From Bacteroidaceae bacterium (lineage in GTDB: Bacteria > Bacteroidota > Bacteroidia > Bacteroidales > Bacteroidaceae), in NCBI GenBank assembly GCA_017444485.1, contig JAFSWM010000103.1:4845-68844 (forward strand): a stretch of DNA of 64,000 nucleotides. Direction: 5' to 3'. Shown here piece by piece: positions 52,803 to 61,873 of the stretch. The notes beneath the pieces are model-generated. The model did no database searches, was not told where the DNA came from, and saw nothing but the letters and a program-made list of their open reading frames with translations. Position 1 is the stretch's first letter, and every line of letters begins with the position of its first letter. Both the position numbers and the translations under genes were made by a program.

Positions 52803-53921
52803 ATGAACAATACACCGCGAGTGATTGTCAGCGGAGGCGGCACAGGAGGACACATCTTCCCTGCCATCTCCATAGCCAACGCCATACGTGCCAAGCGTCC
52901 CGAGGCAGAGATACTCTTTGTGGGCGCGCTAGGGCGCATGGAGATGCAGCGCGTGCCGCAGGCTGGATACGAAATCAAAGGGTTGCCCGTGGAGGGCTTC
53001 GACCGCAAACGCATGTGGCGCAACGCCGCCGTGCTCTGGAAACTCTGGAAGAGCCGCCGCATGGCACGCGCCATCATCCGCGACTTCAAGCCCGACGTGG
53101 CCATCGGCGTGGGAGGCTATGCCAGTGGTCCCACGCTCGACGAGGCGACGCGCATGGGCGTCCGCACGCTCATACAAGAGCAAAACTCCTATGCCGGAGT
53201 GACCAACAAAATCCTCGCCAAGCGCGCGGACAAGATCTGCGTAGCCTACGACGGCATGGAACGTTTCTTCCCGCAGGAGCGCATCATCTTCACCGGCAAC
53301 CCTGTGCGCCAAAACCTGCTCGAAGCCGCCCCAGAGAAAGCCGACGCCGTGCGTGCCTTCGGCCTCATCCCCGGCAAGCGCACCGTACTGATCGTCGGCG
53401 GGTCGCTCGGAGCGAGGACCGTGAACGAGAGCGTGCTGGGGAACCTCCCCCTCGTCAGGCAGCAGACAAAAGTACAATTCATCTGGCAGACCGGCAAGTA
53501 CTACAGCGAGGAAATCCGTGCCGAATTAGACCGCCGTGGCAAGCCCGACAACCTCTTCACCGCCGACTTCATCAGCGACATGGCTGCCGCCTATGCCGCC
53601 GCCGACCTCGTCATCTCACGTGCTGGCGCGGGGAGCATCAGCGAGTTCTGCTTGCTCGGCAAGCCCACCATACTCATCCCCTCGCCGAATGTGGCCGAGG
53701 ACCATCAGACCAAGAATGCCCTCGCACTGGTGCAGAAAGACGCTGCCCTCTACGTTCGCGACGACGAGGCGCGCGAACTACTCCTACCCCTGGCCATCAA
53801 CACCGTGCAGGACGTGGAGCGACTGGCCATTCTGAGCGAGAACATCCTCCTGCTGGCCAAGCCCGACGCTGCCTCAGACATTGCCGACGAAGCCCTGAAA
53901 CTCGCAGACCTAAACGACTAA
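52803..53921 (+). CDS. murG: UDP-N-acetylglucosamine--N-acetylmuramyl-(pentapeptide) pyrophosphoryl-undecaprenol GlcNAc transferase
   Basis: 372 aa. GGGTGGHIFPAISIA motif and a GT28 C-terminal domain (GGSLGARTVN, ISRAGAGSISE). Confidence 0.93.
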   Translation: MNNTPRVIVSGGGTGGHIFPAISIANAIRAKRPEAEILFVGALGRMEMQRVPQAGYEIKGLPVEGFDRKRMWRNAAVLWKLWKSRRMARAIIRDFKPDVAIGVGGYASGPTLDEATRMGVRTLIQEQNSYAGVTNKILAKRADKICVAYDGMERFFPQERIIFTGNPVRQNLLEAAPEKADAVRAFGLIPGKRTVLIVGGSLGARTVNESVLGNLPLVRQQTKVQFIWQTGKYYSEEIRAELDRRGKPDNLFTADFISDMAAAYAAADLVISRAGAGSISEFCLLGKPTILIPSPNVAEDHQTKNALALVQKDAALYVRDDEARELLLPLAINTVQDVERLAILSENILLLAKPDAASDIADEALKLADLND

Positions 53922-53928
53922 GACAACC

Positions 53929-55302
53929 ATGCAGATACAATCCGTTTATTTCATAGGAGCCGGAGGCATCGGCATGAGCGCGCTGGTGCGTTACTACCTC
54001 TCTCGAGGCATCTCCGTGGCCGGATACGACCGCACCGAGACGCCCCTCACTGCCGCGCTCAATGCTGAAGGGGCTTCCATACACTACGAGGACAACCCCG
54101 CGCTCATCCCCGCTACCTGCCTCGAGAAGGCACACACGCTGGTGGTCTATACCCCTGCCATCCCCGCCGACCATCAAGAGATGGCCTGGTTTCGCACACA
54201 AGGCTTCACCATGCAGAAGCGTGCCGAAGTACTGGGAACGCTGACGCGACAGATGCGCGGCCTCTGCGTGGCTGGCACGCACGGCAAGACCACCACCAGC
54301 GCCATGACCGCCCATCTGCTCCACGAGAGCGCAGTGGGGTGCAACGCTTTCCTCGGTGGTATCACCAAAAACTACGGTACGAACTACCTGCTCTCCAAAG
54401 ACTCGCCCTATGTGGTCATCGAGGCCGATGAGTTCGACCGCTCCTTCCACCACCTGCGACCTTATGCCTCCGTCATCACCAGTACCGACGCCGACCACCT
54501 CGACATCTACGGCACGGAGGAAGCCTATCTTGACAGTTTCCGCCACTACACCACGTTGGTGCAACCCGGAGGCGCACTCATCCTCCACACCGGACTGAAA
54601 ATGCACCCCGCACCCCAAGAGGGCATACGCACCTACACCTACGGGCGCACCGAAGGGGACTTCCACGCCGAGAACGTACGCATCGGTGGCGGACGCATCG
54701 TCTTTGACTACATCTCGCCGTTGGGCAACATCAGCGACGTAGAACTCGGCGTACCTGTGAGCATCAACATCGACAACGGCATCGCCGCCATGGCTCTGGC
54801 ACAAATTGCTGGGGCTGACGCCGCTGAGATACGCAAAGCTATGGCCACCTTCGGCGGCGTGGACCGACGCTTTGACTTCAAGATAAGAGACAACCGCCAC
54901 GTGCTGCTTTCCGACTACGCGCACCACCCGCAAGAGATTGCCGCCAGCATACGCTCTCTGCGTGAGGTGTTCGACGGTAGACGCATCACGGGCATCTTCC
55001 AGCCCCACCTCTACACCCGCACCCGCGACTTCTACCCGCAGTTTGCCGAAGCCCTGTCGCTGCTCGACGAGGTGATACTCACCGAGATTTATCCGGCTCG
55101 CGAGAAGCCCATCGAGGGCGTCACATCGCGCCTCATCTACGACCGTCTGGCCGATAGGGTAGAGAAACGGCTCGTCAGCAAGACCGACCTGCCCGAAATC
55201 GTAGAGCAGAACGACTATGACGTGCTCGTGGTGCTCGGCGCTGGCGACGTAGAAGACTATATGGGGCGCTTCACCGAAATCATCAACGCCAAGAAAGCCT
55301 AA
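53929..55302 (+). CDS. murC: UDP-N-acetylmuramate--L-alanine ligase
   Basis: 457 aa. Motifs FIGAGGIGMSALV, GTHGKTTTSAM, and DYAHHP. Confidence 0.93.
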   Translation: MQIQSVYFIGAGGIGMSALVRYYLSRGISVAGYDRTETPLTAALNAEGASIHYEDNPALIPATCLEKAHTLVVYTPAIPADHQEMAWFRTQGFTMQKRAEVLGTLTRQMRGLCVAGTHGKTTTSAMTAHLLHESAVGCNAFLGGITKNYGTNYLLSKDSPYVVIEADEFDRSFHHLRPYASVITSTDADHLDIYGTEEAYLDSFRHYTTLVQPGGALILHTGLKMHPAPQEGIRTYTYGRTEGDFHAENVRIGGGRIVFDYISPLGNISDVELGVPVSINIDNGIAAMALAQIAGADAAEIRKAMATFGGVDRRFDFKIRDNRHVLLSDYAHHPQEIAASIRSLREVFDGRRITGIFQPHLYTRTRDFYPQFAEALSLLDEVILTEIYPAREKPIEGVTSRLIYDRLADRVEKRLVSKTDLPEIVEQNDYDVLVVLGAGDVEDYMGRFTEIINAKKA

Positions 55303-55308
55303 TCCCGT

Positions 55309-56076
55309 ATGGACGAGACCAAACCCAGCAGGAACTACCTGCTCATAGGCCTGCAAGTAGCACTGGCGCTGGCAGCGTGTGGCTACCTGGCCTTTGCACT
55401 GTTTGACCTGGCGCGCCGCCCGACGGGTGACGTGTGCGAGAGTGTGGAGGTGAGAATTATGGATAGCGCCCGTGCCGGATTCATCACCCGCGAAGAAGTG
55501 GAAAACATTTTGGCCAAAAAGAGCATCAACCTGGTAGGCGCGCCAATGGCGAACATCAACAGCGAGGCCGTGCGAAACACGCTGCTCAAAAACCCTTTCA
55601 TCAGCGAAGCCACCTGCTACAAGACTCCCGACCGGCGTTTCAACATCCTCGTATCGCAACGGCTGCCCGTGATGCGCGTGATGGCTGCCGACGGCGACGA
55701 CTACTATCTTGACGCCAAAGGGAAAGCCATGGAACCTACGGGCTACAGTGCAGACCTCATCGTCGCTACAGGACACATCACTCGCCCCTTCGCCAAAGAC
55801 ACCTTGTTGCGGCTCGGCTTGTTCCTGCGTGACAACAACTTCTGGAACGACCAGGTGGTGCAAGCCGACGTCAGAGCCGACGGCTCTGTGGATCTCGTGA
55901 CACGCGTGGGGAACGCCATCGTGCATCTCGGCACACTCACCGAACTCGACACGAAGTTCCGCAATCTGCGTGCGCTCTACGACAAAGTGCTGCCCACCGT
56001 GGGGTGGAACAAATACGCCGTCATCAACGTGGAGCACACCAGTCAAATCATTTGCAAACGTAACAAAAAATCATAA
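55309..56076 (+). CDS. ftsQ: Cell division protein FtsQ
   Basis: 255 aa. Single N-terminal TM segment and a POTRA-like region. Its position between murC and ftsA is conserved. Confidence 0.75.
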   Translation: MDETKPSRNYLLIGLQVALALAACGYLAFALFDLARRPTGDVCESVEVRIMDSARAGFITREEVENILAKKSINLVGAPMANINSEAVRNTLLKNPFISEATCYKTPDRRFNILVSQRLPVMRVMAADGDDYYLDAKGKAMEPTGYSADLIVATGHITRPFAKDTLLRLGLFLRDNNFWNDQVVQADVRADGSVDLVTRVGNAIVHLGTLTELDTKFRNLRALYDKVLPTVGWNKYAVINVEHTSQIICKRNKKS

Positions 56077-56188
56077 AACAAACACGAGGCTCGGGACGTC
56101 CGCTCACACAACGCCAACCTCTCCGCCTATCCGAAACGGCTCGCAAAGCCGCAGGCTCCCAGCCCCGTCCTTTTCCAACAACGAAACA

Positions 56189-57625
56189 ATGGCAACACAC
56201 GAAAACTTCATCGTAGCGGTGGAACTCGGCTCGTCGAAAGTCAGCGCCGTAGCCGGTGAGAAACAGCCCGACGGCGCGGTGCGCATTCTCGCCTTCGCCC
56301 AAGAGCCGAGCGAAACGTTTATCCGCAAAGGGCGCATCTATAACATCGACAAGTTCGGGCAATGCCTCTCACGCCTCAAAGAAAAACTCGAAAGGGGCGT
56401 CGGCATGAGCGTGGCAAAAGCCTATGTGGGCATCGGCGGCATGGGGATGCACACCATCCTTAACAGCATCACCAAACAATACCCCGACCGCGTGAAGGTG
56501 ACCGAACAGATGATCGATGTGCTTCAAGATGAGAACAACGGCTCACAGCCCATCGACCGCGACATTATCGGCGTGGTGCCGCAGGAATATAAACTCGACG
56601 CACACCGCACCGATGACCCCGTCGGCATACTCACCCAGAGCCTCACAGGCAATTTCCTCAACATCGTGGCTGCGGCACAAACCAAGCAACAAATCATTGA
56701 CAACTTCGCGCAATGCCGCATAGAAGTGGTGGACCTGCCGGTCACCTTCCTCTCCCTGGCCGACAACATGGTGTCTGCTCGGCAGCGGCAGAGTGGCTGC
56801 GTCTTCGTGGACATGGGGGCACAAACCACCAGCGTGGCCATCTTCAAGGGCGGCCTGCTGAGGCACCTCGCCGTCATACCCCTCGGAGGAGGCAACATCA
56901 CCACCGACATTGCCACGGCATACCAAATTGACGAAGCAGAAGCCGAAGAAATCAAACTGAAGTACAACTTCGGCATGGAATACATCGACGAAGAGGACAA
57001 AGAAATCTTCACTACCAGCGACGGACGCGAATACCCGCTCAACGACCTCAAGAAACTGGTCAGCGCGCGCCTTGAAGAAATCATCCTCAACGTGAAGTAC
57101 CAGATTGATCTCTCTCAATATAAACTCTCACAACTCATGAGTGGCATCGTGCTCACCGGCGGCGTGGCCAAGACCGGCGGCATTGACAGCGCATTCAAAC
57201 TCGTCACCGACATCCAAAGTCCCGTGCTGGTGTCGCGCGGGCTGAAACTCACCTATCGCACCGGCAAGCAGGACTTCAACAAGGATGGTTCCTACGATTG
57301 CGCCATCTCGCTTATCGACAAAGGAAACGAAAACTGCTGCGGCGGCCCCGTGGTGCGTCCCACCGACATCTTTAGTCCCCAAATTAAGCCAGAGAAACCC
57401 GCCGAACAGCCAGTGACACCCGCTGACCCACAGAAGCCCGCCACAAGTACCGTATCAGAAGACGGACGGATCAGAGGCGGCGACATCGCAACGGGAATGG
57501 CGCAAGAAAAAGAAACCACGGCAGAAGAACAGCCCAAGAAGACTTCCAAACTGAAGGCCGGGCTCGGACGCTTAGCCAACTGGGCCAAAGGAGGGCTCAC
57601 AAAGCTCGTCTCAGAAGACGACTAA
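56189..57625 (+). CDS. ftsA: Cell division protein FtsA
   Basis: 478 aa from the ATG at 56189 (MATHENFIVAVELGSSKVSAV). Actin-like ATPase motifs (VDMGAQTTSVAIF, LTGGVAKTGG). Long low-complexity C-terminus ending in an amphipathic helix (LGRLANWAKGGLTKLV). Confidence 0.9.
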   Translation: MATHENFIVAVELGSSKVSAVAGEKQPDGAVRILAFAQEPSETFIRKGRIYNIDKFGQCLSRLKEKLERGVGMSVAKAYVGIGGMGMHTILNSITKQYPDRVKVTEQMIDVLQDENNGSQPIDRDIIGVVPQEYKLDAHRTDDPVGILTQSLTGNFLNIVAAAQTKQQIIDNFAQCRIEVVDLPVTFLSLADNMVSARQRQSGCVFVDMGAQTTSVAIFKGGLLRHLAVIPLGGGNITTDIATAYQIDEAEAEEIKLKYNFGMEYIDEEDKEIFTTSDGREYPLNDLKKLVSARLEEIILNVKYQIDLSQYKLSQLMSGIVLTGGVAKTGGIDSAFKLVTDIQSPVLVSRGLKLTYRTGKQDFNKDGSYDCAISLIDKGNENCCGGPVVRPTDIFSPQIKPEKPAEQPVTPADPQKPATSTVSEDGRIRGGDIATGMAQEKETTAEEQPKKTSKLKAGLGRLANWAKGGLTKLVSEDD

Positions 57626-57649
57626 ATTTTCATTGAACACTTTTTTCTT

Positions 57650-57724
57650 TGAACATTGACCGTTGAACATTGAACATTAAACATACACTTGTGGCGAATG
57701 GTCAATGGTCAATCCTCAATGGTC
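57650..57724. repeat. Heptamer-microsatellite hairpin A in the ftsA-ftsZ spacer
   Basis: Left arm: five tandem 7-mers TGAACAT/TGACCGT/TAAACAT (57650-57684). Right arm: four 7-mers AATGGTC/AATCCTC (57697-57724), which are the reverse complement of the GACCATT variant. Confidence 0.85.
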
Positions 57725-57757
57725 AATAAAGCAAAACCTCAAAACAGATATATCAAT

Positions 57758-59074
57758 ATGAAAACCGATAACGACCTGCTTCCCTTGACCGAAGAAGCAT
57801 CCTCTCCCAGCATCATCAAGGTGATTGGCGTGGGTGGTGGCGGCGGCAACGCCGTAAACCACATGTATCGTGAAGGCATCCACGACGTAAACTTCGCCGT
57901 GTGCAACACCGACAGCAAAGCGCTGGCCGACAGCCCCGTCCCCTTCCGCCTGCAACTCGGTAAGGCCGGCCTTGGCGCAGGCAACCGCCCCGAGCGTGCC
58001 GCCGAAGCCGCCGAAGAAAGCATCGAAGACATCCGAAAAATGCTTTCGGACGGCACACGTATGGTGTTCATCACCGCCGGAATGGGTGGCGGCACAGGCA
58101 CCGGTGCTGCCCCCGTCATCGCACGCGAGGCAAAGGCTCTCGACATCCTCACCGTAGGCATCGTCACCATACCCTTCATCTGGGAAGGCAACAAAAAGAT
58201 AGACCAGGCCCTCGATGGCGTGGAGGAAATCGCAAAATATGTGGACGCCCTGCTGGTTATCAACAACGAGCGACTTCGCGATGTGTATTCCGACGTGTCG
58301 GTGCAAACCGCCTTCAAACGTGCTGACGACACCCTGTGCAACGCTGCACGCAGCATCGCGGAAATCATCACCATGCACGGCATCATCAACCTGGACTTCC
58401 AAGACGTTTGCACCGTACTCAAAGACGGCGGCGTGGCCATCATGTCGTTCGGCTACGGAGAGGGCACGAACAGGGTGAGCAACGCCATCGACAAAGCGCT
58501 GCACAGCCCCTTGCTCAACCATAACGACGTGTTCAAGTCGAAGAAGATACTCCTCTCCATCTCTTTCTGCGGGGATAAAGACACGGACACGCTGATGATG
58601 GAAGAGATGAACGAGGTGAACGACTTTATGAGCCGTTTCCAGGACGAAGACGTGGAGACCAAGTGGGGTCTGGCCACCGACCCTTCGCTCGGCAAGCAAG
58701 TGAAGGTGACTATCCTTGCCACGGGCTTCGACACGGGCATCGTGCCGGGCATCGCCGAAAAACAAGCACGGCGGAATGCCGAGCGCAAACAGGTGTCTGA
58801 GCAGAAGAAAGAAGAAAACAACATCCGCCGCGGTGAATTCTACACCAATGCTAACCAAGGGCCCGCCCCAGTGCGTTCTCGCTTGATTTTCAAATTCGAC
58901 CCCGCCGACCTGAGCAACGAAGAAGTCATCAGCCTGGTGGAAAGCACCCCCACCTACAAACGCACCAAGGAGCAACTCGCCGAAATCAACGAAAAAGCCG
59001 CCGAAGGTCGCGAAGCACCGTTTGAATTAGACACCACGCCCAAGACAGATCCGACAGAGGCCAGACTCTTTTGA
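57758..59074 (+). CDS. ftsZ: Cell division protein FtsZ
   Basis: 438 aa from the ATG at 57758. Motif GVGGGGGNAVNHM and tubulin signature GMGGGTGTGAAPV. Confidence 0.95.
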   Translation: MKTDNDLLPLTEEASSPSIIKVIGVGGGGGNAVNHMYREGIHDVNFAVCNTDSKALADSPVPFRLQLGKAGLGAGNRPERAAEAAEESIEDIRKMLSDGTRMVFITAGMGGGTGTGAAPVIAREAKALDILTVGIVTIPFIWEGNKKIDQALDGVEEIAKYVDALLVINNERLRDVYSDVSVQTAFKRADDTLCNAARSIAEIITMHGIINLDFQDVCTVLKDGGVAIMSFGYGEGTNRVSNAIDKALHSPLLNHNDVFKSKKILLSISFCGDKDTDTLMMEEMNEVNDFMSRFQDEDVETKWGLATDPSLGKQVKVTILATGFDTGIVPGIAEKQARRNAERKQVSEQKKEENNIRRGEFYTNANQGPAPVRSRLIFKFDPADLSNEEVISLVESTPTYKRTKEQLAEINEKAAEGREAPFELDTTPKTDPTEARLF

Positions 59075-59116
59075 GTGCAAATGAAACGCTAATGGGCGAG
59101 TGAGCCTTCCAGAGGG

Positions 59117-60283
59117 ATGAAAAGAAAGATGAAGTTCCCCTTGCTGGCAAGGATAGTGGTGGCCATTATCCTCGGTGTGGCCTTGGCTGGTTTCATGCCC
59201 TTAGAGGGTGTGAGGCTGTTTGTTACTTTCAACGGCGTGTTCGGCCAGTTCCTGCAATTCCTCATTCCGCTCATCATCGTGGGGCTGATCACACCGGCCA
59301 TCGCAGACATCGGGCAGGGCGTAGGGAAATTGTTGCTGCTCACCACGCTCATCGCCTATGTGGACACGGTCTGCGCGGGGATGTTATCGTATGGCGTCGG
59401 CACGCTGCTTTTTCCGAAATTCATCTCGCCTGCTTCGGGAATGACTACCCTCCCACAAGGGATTTCCTTAGAGCCTTTCTTCAAGATCAACATACCGCCT
59501 ATCATGGACGTGATGAGTGCTCTGGTGCTGGCATTTATCATGGGAATGGGGATAGCATACCTTCAAAAGCACACGCTCAAGAATGTGGCCGAGGAGTTCA
59601 AGGATGTGGTGGTGGCAACCATTAAGAAAGTCATGATTCCCCTGCTGCCCCTCTATATCTTCGGTCTCTTCCTCTCAATGGCTTATACGGGGCAGGCGTG
59701 GCACCTGATTAGCGTTTTTATTGCCATCATCGGCATTATTTTCGTGCTGCATATCCTGCTGTTGGTGGCGCAATACTCAGTGGCGGGGCTTATCGTGCGC
59801 CGCAACCCGTTTAGATTGCTTTGGAACATGATGCCTGCATACTTTACCGCCCTGGGCACTTCATCTTCCGCCGCCACCATACCAGTAACCTTGCAACAGA
59901 CGGAAAAGAACAGCGTGGACCCGGCCATTGCAGGTTTTACCATACCGCTCTGTGCCACCATTCACATGAGCGGTAGCGCCATGAAAATCACCGCCTGTGC
60001 GCTTGCCTTGATGATTATGCAAGGCTACGCATTCAGCGGGGGATTGTTCCTGGGGTTTGTCATGATGCTCGGCGTCATAATGATTGCCGCACCAGGCGTT
60101 CCTGGCGGGTCCATCATGGCAACGTTAGGCATATTGGCGAGCATGCTTGGGTTCAATGAAAACGACTGCGCACTGATGATAGCCCTCTATATCGCCATGG
60201 ACAGTTTCGGCACTGCCTGCAACGTGACCGGCGATGGTGCTATCGCGCTCGTCATTGATACCATTTCCAAGCGCAAGAGGTAG
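59117..60283 (+). CDS. Dicarboxylate/amino acid:cation symporter family transporter (SstT-like)
   Basis: 388 aa, multi-TM. The motifs TSSSAATIPV and the GDGAIALVID end are typical of DAACS carriers. Confidence 0.75.
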   Translation: MKRKMKFPLLARIVVAIILGVALAGFMPLEGVRLFVTFNGVFGQFLQFLIPLIIVGLITPAIADIGQGVGKLLLLTTLIAYVDTVCAGMLSYGVGTLLFPKFISPASGMTTLPQGISLEPFFKINIPPIMDVMSALVLAFIMGMGIAYLQKHTLKNVAEEFKDVVVATIKKVMIPLLPLYIFGLFLSMAYTGQAWHLISVFIAIIGIIFVLHILLLVAQYSVAGLIVRRNPFRLLWNMMPAYFTALGTSSSAATIPVTLQQTEKNSVDPAIAGFTIPLCATIHMSGSAMKITACALALMIMQGYAFSGGLFLGFVMMLGVIMIAAPGVPGGSIMATLGILASMLGFNENDCALMIALYIAMDSFGTACNVTGDGAIALVIDTISKRKR

Positions 60284-60309
60284 AGAAAGAAGCGACCTAT
60301 ATTAGAACC

Positions 60310-61587
60310 TTATCCTTCGTTTAACTCTTTTCTGACCACCACCTTGTCAATGCGGGCTCCGTCCATCTGAGCCACTTGGAGCGTAAATCCGTTCCATGCG
60401 ATGTGCTCGCCGCTCTGAGGGATGTGTTCCAACAAGGTGAGGAACAGGCCTCCCACTGTGGTGTAGTCGTTCTTGTAAAGGTCCTCCTTGTCAAAATAGG
60501 CCAGGAAGTCGTACACAGCGCATTGCCCGCTCACCACCCAACTTTCGCCATCGGCCCTAACGATGATGTCGGGCACGCCGCCATCGTCATCGATACTGCC
60601 CACAAGTCCTTCAAGAATATCTTTCAGCGCGAGCAGGCCGCACACTTCGCCAAACTCGTCAATGACGAGTCCGCAGTTGGTGCGGTCCTTTTTGAGTTCG
60701 GAAAGGGCTTTATAGACCGACATACTCTCTGTGAGGTAGGTGGGTTCACGGGCTATGGTCCGGAGGTCGAAACTTTCCTTGCCGACAATCAGCACCAATT
60801 CTTTAAGAGAGGCCACTCCCACTGTATTGCCCAACGAACCGTCCACCACGGGGTAGTTGGCGAAAGCATTTTCCGACAACACGGCCTCCACTTCCTTGCT
60901 GCTCATGGCTACATCGAGCGTGACAAGGTCGCCTCGGTGGGTCATCAATCCTGCCACGTTTTGGTCGCCGAGATAGAGCACTCGCTCCATGATGTCTTGC
61001 TCCATCTCCCCCAGTTCTCCAGCACGTGTGCCCTCTTCAATGACGGATTTCACCTCGGCTTCGGTGACATGAGTGTCTTCGGCTTTCAAGCGAAACAGGT
61101 GGATAAGCAGTTCTGTGTTTTTGGAAAGTAGCCACACGGCGGGCTTTGCCAGCGTGGCGAGGAAAAGCATGAAGGGGGCAATGGCACGGGCCAGTGTGTC
61201 GGCCAGGTCGAGCCCGATGCGCTTTGGAAAAAGTTCGCCCAACTCCACCTGTACATAGGTGGCCACAATCACAATGATGGTCTTAGAGAGTAGCGGGGCC
61301 AACGATGCTGCCACGCCGAGCCGCTGCAACCAAGCGGCGAAATCGCCTGCCAATGCCTCGCCGGTGTAAATACCTGTGAGGATGGTCACTACCGTGATGC
61401 CTATTTGGCAGGTGGAGAGGTACTTGTCGGGGTCGGCCTGTAAATCAAGCGCGGCTTTAGCGGCACGGCTCCCAGCGCGGGCTTCGCTCTGCAACTTGGT
61501 GCGGCGGGCACTGATAAGTGCTACCTCGGCCAGGCAGAAGAAGCCGTTGATGAACACCAATACAAAGATTATCAGAAAGTCTATCAT
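60310..61587 (-). CDS. CNNM/DUF21-CBS-CorC_HlyC family (hemolysin-like) membrane protein
   Basis: 425 aa. N-terminal DUF21 TM domain (FINGFFCLAEVALISAR), a tandem CBS region, and a C-terminal CorC/HlyC transporter-associated domain. Confidence 0.8.
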   Translation of the reverse strand: MIDFLIIFVLVFINGFFCLAEVALISARRTKLQSEARAGSRAAKAALDLQADPDKYLSTCQIGITVVTILTGIYTGEALAGDFAAWLQRLGVAASLAPLLSKTIIVIVATYVQVELGELFPKRIGLDLADTLARAIAPFMLFLATLAKPAVWLLSKNTELLIHLFRLKAEDTHVTEAEVKSVIEEGTRAGELGEMEQDIMERVLYLGDQNVAGLMTHRGDLVTLDVAMSSKEVEAVLSENAFANYPVVDGSLGNTVGVASLKELVLIVGKESFDLRTIAREPTYLTESMSVYKALSELKKDRTNCGLVIDEFGEVCGLLALKDILEGLVGSIDDDGGVPDIIVRADGESWVVSGQCAVYDFLAYFDKEDLYKNDYTTVGGLFLTLLEHIPQSGEHIAWNGFTLQVAQMDGARIDKVVVRKELNEG

Positions 61588-61600
61588 AGCATTACTTGGG

Positions 61601-61608
61601 CAAAAGTA
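61601..61608 (-). promoter_or_regulatory. -7 promoter box (TACTTTTG on the minus strand) for the CNNM-family gene
   Basis: The reverse complement of CAAAAGTA lies about 14 nt upstream of the ATG at 61587. Confidence 0.4.
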
Positions 61609-61631
61609 GCATTTAATCGGAAAACAAGCCT

Positions 61632-61639
61632 TACTTTTG
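61632..61639 (+). promoter_or_regulatory. -7 promoter box (TACTTTTG) for the DUF4254-GT9 operon
   Basis: Plus-strand TAnnTTTG, back-to-back with the box at 61601-61608. It predicts a 5' UTR of about 230 nt containing repeat hairpin B. Confidence 0.4.
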
Positions 61640-61663
61640 CGCTGATATACCTAATTAGGTTGT

Positions 61664-61838
61664 TTATCATTGACCATTGATGATTGATGATTGATGATTG
61701 ACCATTGAACATTGACCATTGAACATTGACCATTGAACATTAGCAAAAACCATTGCAGCCGGTAATGGCGGGTGGTCAATGGTCAACGGTCAATGGTCAA
61801 TGAAAAAAATGGTCAATGTTCAACGGTCAATGAATAAC
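61664..61838. repeat. Heptamer-microsatellite hairpin B (largest copy)
   Basis: Left arm: ten in-phase 7-mers TGACCAT/TGATGAT/TGAACAT (61671-61740). Spacer of 33 nt with a small CCATT/AATGG stem. Right arm: GGTCAAT/GGTCAAC x4 (61774-61801), GAAAAAAAT, then GGTCAAT/GTTCAAC/GGTCAAT (61811-61831). Confidence 0.9.
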
Positions 61839-61873
61839 AGCCTCATAACCTCAATTAACTCCTTTTTCTCACA

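Noticed and set aside
52700-53956. 418-aa plus-strand ORF overlapping murG in another frame.
   Set aside because: The translation is Arg/Pro/His-rich and low in complexity. The +1 neighbour frame encodes a canonical MurG (GGGTGGHIFPA).
54797-54809. Sigma-54-like promoter element TGGCAC-AAA-TTGC, noticed because rpoN is in the window.
   Set aside because: The GG-to-GC spacing is two nt shorter than the -24/-12 consensus (TGGCAC-N5-TTGC), and the site is inside the murC coding sequence.
53797-56046. 749-aa minus-strand ORF spanning murG (3' end), murC and ftsQ in antisense.
   Set aside because: It has no recognisable domains and an extreme Gly/Val/His/Ala/Asp bias, and it lies antisense to three well-supported dcw genes. 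It is a stop-codon-poor antisense frame in GC-rich DNA. The same reasoning applies to 26664-27866, 57716-58975, 22891-23958, 21855-22889, 20075-21151, 13435-14409, 24093-24941, 37311-38471 and similar track entries.
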